A stretch of DNA of 64,000 bases from an uncultured Alphaproteobacteria bacterium (GTDB taxonomy: Bacteria > Pseudomonadota > Alphaproteobacteria > RF32 > CAG-239): positions 24,244-88,243 of the forward strand of contig CASFSV010000017.1 in NCBI GenBank assembly GCA_949297415.1, in the 5' to 3' direction. The notes beneath the pieces are model-generated. The model saw only the letters and a program-made list of their open reading frames with translations, ran no database searches and had not been told where the DNA came from. The translations under genes and the position numbers were made by a program. Below are positions 59,944-64,000 of this stretch, piece after piece. Positions within the stretch are counted from its first letter, which is position 1, and each line of letters opens with the position of its first letter.

Positions 59944-60132
59944 ACTAATTTGTTTTTATAATGTTTGACATAAAAATTTTTTAACGTGTTTCAATGTAAG
60001 CTTTTTTTGTCTAATAGTCAACCTTTTTTATCGCTGTTTTGTAATTGTTTGGTGATTAAATTTTTTTTTGCTTGTTTGTTTGGTGATTTTTAGGCAACCT
60101 TTAAACATAAATTATATTTTTTTGAGGTCATT

Positions 60133-61182
60133 ATGCGACGGTTAGGGCTTGTTTTTATTCTTTTGCTTTTGGGAATTGTGGTTGGCGTATGGTTTAAAAT
60201 TGCATCTTATCGACCTTACCAACTCGATTATAACCGCGCCGTGATTAATCTGCCGATTACTTATACTAAATATCTCCACGATAAAACGTATGCTCTGGGT
60301 GAAAAGTATTTGGCTGAAGATTTAGCCGCTGAGTTAATTAAACATGGTATTGATACCAGACTTTATACTTTTGAAGACTCGCTTTCCAATCGCAATTTTA
60401 ACGAAGGTTTTGAAATCTTTATGCGCTCAGGACCGGAATTGAGATTGAACCTTTATCATAATTTTGCCGATAAAGATAGAGTGGCGGTCTTGTTTGAAAC
60501 TATCCCTTATGACTTCAGTATCGTGCAAAATGCTGATATTGTCTTAACCGGATCCAGCAAAAAAAATAAAATATATAGAGAGAAGGGGGTTAATTCCCAT
60601 TTTCTGCCTCAATTTACCAGAGTGGATAAATTTTATCCCGCTGTGCAGGAAAACTTAAAACGTAAATTGTTGTTTGTCGCTAATCAGTGGCCGGATTTTC
60701 CTGTTCGAAAAACCGTACAATATGCAAAGAATACAGGGATTCAAATTGATGTCTTTGGCGATAATTGGGATAATATTTTAGTTGATGAGGCTGCTTCTTG
60801 GTGGAAAGCCAGACAAATTCCTAATGATCAACTAAAATTTTTCTATTCTTCTGCCGATATTGTCTTAAATGACACCAGACCTGATATGATTGAAGCCGGA
60901 TTTATCAGTAATCGTATCTTTGACGCTACTGCTTGCGGAACTCTTGTTATTTCTGATTATATGCCTGAAATTGAAGAAATTTACGGTGATTCCGTTCCTA
61001 TGTATAAATCTCCCGAAGAATTTAAACAACTCATCGATTTTTATCTCTCTCATCCCGAAGAACGACATCGCCTTGCCTTAAAAGCGCAAAAAATTACTTT
61101 GGAAAGGTTTACCGCTGATAAAGTTATCGCTCATATGATTGATATTTTACAAAGTTATGTTCATGAAAAGGGTTTTGACTGA
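60133..61182 (+). CDS. CgeB-like GT-B glycosyltransferase with N-terminal membrane anchor
   Basis: LLFVAN..YSSADIVLNDTRPDMIEAGFISNRIFDATACG..ISD. Confidence 0.85.
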   Translation: MRRLGLVFILLLLGIVVGVWFKIASYRPYQLDYNRAVINLPITYTKYLHDKTYALGEKYLAEDLAAELIKHGIDTRLYTFEDSLSNRNFNEGFEIFMRSGPELRLNLYHNFADKDRVAVLFETIPYDFSIVQNADIVLTGSSKKNKIYREKGVNSHFLPQFTRVDKFYPAVQENLKRKLLFVANQWPDFPVRKTVQYAKNTGIQIDVFGDNWDNILVDEAASWWKARQIPNDQLKFFYSSADIVLNDTRPDMIEAGFISNRIFDATACGTLVISDYMPEIEEIYGDSVPMYKSPEEFKQLIDFYLSHPEERHRLALKAQKITLERFTADKVIAHMIDILQSYVHEKGFD

Positions 61183-61183
61183 T

Positions 61184-62302
61184 ATGAGGAAACAAATACT
61201 TAAATCCGATAAAAATTCTATTAACGCTATGAAATTAAAAGAACAGGAAACCGCCGATGCTTCTGTGTTGTTTCAACGACTAAAACAGAATAAAAGAAAA
61301 CACAAACGTATTTCGCCAAAATCTATCAAAAATTCTTCTTTTTCTGTTCTGTGGCGCCTTTGGAGAGTAAAACTTCTGTTTGTTCTACTTTTTCTTGTCA
61401 TCGGTTTTGGAATAGGGACGTATTTCACTTCTTCCGCAAAACTTTTTCAAAATGATAAATCGGTTGCTATTCGTGTCGGGACTTCTCAGGAACACGTCGA
61501 TTATGATTTGTTATCCGCTATAAATTTTCTTAAATATGCTCTTGAACGGAATGGTTATAAAGTGGCCGGTCTTACTTATTCCGGTAACCTTTATCCTAAA
61601 GATTTAGACAATGTCGGCATCAATGTCTTTGTCAGAGGATTTGCTCAATTTTATGATTTAAGAATGCACCCCGAAAAAATAGATATTTTTTATATTCATC
61701 GTAATATTGATTTATATGCCGAGGAATTTCAAAATTTTGACTTTTACCTCTTTTCTCAGCAAAAAATTATGGATATTTCTGCCGATAAACTTGATGCTAA
61801 CTTTATGCCGTTTGGTTTTGTTCCGCACGAAATTCTTTCTCCGCAAAGTTATGACTATGATGTACTCTATATTTATGAGTATTATAACCCCATTTATGGT
61901 TCTTATATGCAACATAACCATTCTATCAAAATTTACAGTGGCAGTGCTTTTGCTGCTCTCTCTGAACAAGAACGGGTAGATGAATTAAAAAAAGCTAAAG
62001 TCGTTGTTTATGAAATGGGGAAAATCGGACGTGATGACGAAACTTATGTCCCTTATGCCGTTTTCGATATTATCAGCTATGGCAGACCGCTGGTTACTAA
62101 TCGGAAATTTTTACTCAATACCTATTTTCGAAACAATACGTGGCTGTTTGATGATAACGAAAGTATGATTTTAGCTACCAATCAGGCTCTTAATTCTGCA
62201 GATGCCGTCAGGGAGAAAAAAGCTGCTCGTGCCAGAACCGTTTTATACGACTTTTTTGATACTAATGCTTCTTTTCTTAAGAGAATCAAACAACCTCAAT
62301 GA
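61184..62302 (+). CDS. Divergent CgeB-like glycosyltransferase paralog with TM anchor
   Basis: TM LLFVLLFLVIGFGIG; INVFVRG; YVPYAVFDIISYGRPLVTN aligns with FISNRIFDATACGTLVISD. Confidence 0.65.
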   Translation: MRKQILKSDKNSINAMKLKEQETADASVLFQRLKQNKRKHKRISPKSIKNSSFSVLWRLWRVKLLFVLLFLVIGFGIGTYFTSSAKLFQNDKSVAIRVGTSQEHVDYDLLSAINFLKYALERNGYKVAGLTYSGNLYPKDLDNVGINVFVRGFAQFYDLRMHPEKIDIFYIHRNIDLYAEEFQNFDFYLFSQQKIMDISADKLDANFMPFGFVPHEILSPQSYDYDVLYIYEYYNPIYGSYMQHNHSIKIYSGSAFAALSEQERVDELKKAKVVVYEMGKIGRDDETYVPYAVFDIISYGRPLVTNRKFLLNTYFRNNTWLFDDNESMILATNQALNSADAVREKKAARARTVLYDFFDTNASFLKRIKQPQ

Positions 62303-62395
62303 TACTTCGTCTGGTTTTGCTTACTTAAAAAATATTATTTTTGTGTTTATAATTTAGAAACTGTTAACTAATTCAGTGCTAAATATAACTGTTAC

Positions 62396-62522
62396 TTACC
62401 GGTGGGGGAGGTCGCTCAAGTTCAGCGTGGCTTCAGCTTATGTCAGGCCGGTGGTTGCTGTTTTAATAGAGGAGGGTATTTCGATGTTCCTTATCTTGTC
62501 TGCGGCAATCCTTATGGCATAG
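62396..62522 (+). promoter_or_regulatory. Structured 5' leader of hfq containing a candidate 12-codon uORF (62484-62522)
   Basis: GC-rich relative to flanks; stems TTACCGG/CCGGTGG and GGTTGCTG/CGGCAATC; AGGAGG-N8-ATG inside a hairpin. Confidence 0.45.
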
Positions 62523-62553
62523 ATGTGTAATAATTATAATAAGGAAATTAAAC

Positions 62554-62778
62554 ATGACTACTAATGCACAAGTTGATTTTTTGAACGATATTAAAGATAA
62601 AAAAGTTTCAGTTACCGTCTTTCTTATCAATGGTGTTAAATTGCAAGGTGTTATTACTTGGTTTGATGCAACTTCTTTGCTGTTGAGACGTGATGGGCAT
62701 ACTCAACTTGTTTATACTCACGCTGTTTCTACAATTATGCCGGCAACTCCGATTGATGTTGTTGAAGAAAAAGAATAA
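62554..62778 (+). CDS. hfq: RNA chaperone Hfq (divergent)
   Basis: [37 protein letters not shown]; upstream of hflX. Confidence 0.95.
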   Translation: MTTNAQVDFLNDIKDKKVSVTVFLINGVKLQGVITWFDATSLLLRRDGHTQLVYTHAVSTIMPATPIDVVEEKE

Positions 62779-62884
62779 TCTTTTTTAATTAAACTTCCGT
62801 TTGAGGATATGGGAACTTTTATCTTTTAGTGATAATTACCTTTTTTTCTTGAGCGGAAGTTTTCTTTTTTTCGGATAACCTCTC

Positions 62885-64000
62885 GTGTTGGAAATTCAAA
62901 AAGACAAAAAAACTAAAGTCGCTGTTGTTTGTCCCTTTATCAAAAACAGCTCTGAGGCTTTGTTTGTTTCTGATGAAAAAGCTCGTGAAGCTGAAGCAGA
63001 AGGTTTGGTTCTCGCTATGGGGCAAGAGGTTGTGTTGTTGAAAACGGTTAAACTTTCCGGTATTGTTCCTAAAAGCTTTTTCGGTAAAGGTACTTTGGAG
63101 CGTCTTAAAGAGGAATGCGCTCTGGTTGAGGCGGAATTGCTTGTTGTCGATATGCCGATTTCTGCCGTGCAACAGCGTAATCTTGAAAAAATCCTTAATC
63201 TTAAGGTCATTGACCGTACTGCCGTTATCTTAGAAATCTTTGGGCAAAGAGCGCATACCAATGAAGGTAAATTGCAAGTTGAACTTGCTCATTTAACTTA
63301 TCAGAGAGGACGTTTGGTGCGTAGTTGGACACACTTAGAGCGACAACGTGGCGGCGGCGGATTTTTAGGCGGTCCGGGCGAAACGCAAATCGAACTTGAC
63401 CGCAGACATCTTGATGAACGTATCGTCAAAATTAAAAAAGAATTGGAAAAAGTGCGTAAAACTCGTGCTATTCAACGTAGCGCCAGAGTGAAAGTGCCTT
63501 ATCCCGTTGCCGCACTTGTCGGCTATACAAATGCCGGTAAATCAACGTTGTTTAATCTGATTACGCATGCGGATGTGTTCGCTAAGGATATGCTATTTGC
63601 TACTCTTGATCCGACAATGCGCAAAATTCAATTGGATAAAAATTGCGATATTATTCTTTCCGATACCGTCGGCTTTATCTCTAATCTTCCTCATGAATTG
63701 GTTATGGCATTTCGTGCTACGCTTGAAGAAGTGTTGGAAGCTGATGTTATTGTTCATGTTATTGACGTTGCTAATCCTGATTTTAAAGAACAGCGCTTAG
63801 ATGTCTTAAATGTTTTGCATGAATTGGGACTTGCTAAAATCGAATTTGAAGACCGATATGTCGAAGTCTTTAATAAAATCGATTTGCTTTCCGATAACGA
63901 AAAAAAGAATTTTACGGATAAAATCGGACATAGAACCGTCGCTCTGTCTGCGCTTTCAGGGGAGGGAATTCCTGATTTTATCCAGTTGCTTAAAGCTAAA
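62885..64000 (+). CDS. hflX: GTPase HflX, 3'-truncated by the window
   Basis: Manual translation: QQRNLE..IDRTAVILEIFGQRAHTNEGKLQVELA..WTHLERQRGG..GPGETQIE..VGYTNAGKSTLFN..LFATLD..DTVGFI; GTG 62885 follows an in-frame stop. Confidence 0.95.
   Translation, partial: MLEIQKDKKTKVAVVCPFIKNSSEALFVSDEKAREAEAEGLVLAMGQEVVLLKTVKLSGIVPKSFFGKGTLERLKEECALVEAELLVVDMPISAVQQRNLEKILNLKVIDRTAVILEIFGQRAHTNEGKLQVELAHLTYQRGRLVRSWTHLERQRGGGGFLGGPGETQIELDRRHLDERIVKIKKELEKVRKTRAIQRSARVKVPYPVAALVGYTNAGKSTLFNLITHADVFAKDMLFATLDPTMRKIQLDKNCDIILSDTVGFISNLPHELVMAFRATLEEVLEADVIVHVIDVANPDFKEQRLDVLNVLHELGLAKIEFEDRYVEVFNKIDLLSDNEKKNFTDKIGHRTVALSALSGEGIPDFIQLLKAK

Noticed and set aside
62389-62466. Frame reading LLTGGGGRSSSAWLQLM, reminiscent of an FGGY kinase motif; also GTCAGGCCGG, reminiscent of SRP RNA
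   Set aside because: The frame is very short and bounded by stops. The SRP GGAAGGAAGCAGC core is absent.
331-63800. Numerous short antisense or overlapping ORFs in the track (e.g. 589..1131, 16556..17038, 21590..22102, 40341..41135, 51680..52264, 62819..63261, 63567..63800)
   Set aside because: They are shadow frames of well-supported genes and show no RBS or recognisable domain.
1-64000. CRISPR array, DGR (RT, TR/VR), retron, integron, intact IS or integrase
   Set aside because: No regularly spaced identical repeats, and no RT, integrase or transposase motifs in any listed ORF. The hairpin array at 25.3-25.6 kb has non-identical stems.

Overview
AT-rich (roughly 35-38% GC by eye) bacterial chromosome segment. 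RpoD, Hfq, the zinc-ribbon protein/ftsE-ftsX-ydcF-plsC block and hfq-hflX point to an alphaproteobacterium. The many orphan, LRR, ankyrin and pilin-like genes suggest a gut-type uncultured lineage such as RF32, but that is inference. Core genes: tRNA-Glu, hsp20, ybaK, rpsF-rpsR-rplI, rpoD, dnaG, yqeY, ftsEX, plsC, hemW, dnaJ, pepA, tsaC/sua5, malQ, lysS, hfq and hflX (truncated at the window end). Most notable: (1) an unannotated ~350-nt minus-strand transcription unit between dnaG and rpoD, built from five GNRA-capped hairpins with its own promoter and terminator; (2) an Hfq that has lost proximal-face and rim RNA-binding residues and sits behind a structured leader with a sequestered uORF; (3) a WbsX/GH99-like domain inserted inside the divisome-operon YdcF/ElyC protein, plus other membrane-anchored glycosyltransferases; (4) a tRNA-Glu integration hotspot with att-like scars, an ART-like gene and a serum-amyloid-A-like toxin remnant with a candidate immunity gene; (5) a phage-type LPD23 polyvalent protein with a dead zincin motif; (6) a giant PilV-like pilin; (7) a class of stand-alone orphan gene cassettes that lack Shine-Dalgarno sites. 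No CRISPR array, reverse transcriptase, integrase or intact transposase was seen. All calls were made by eye, without database searches.
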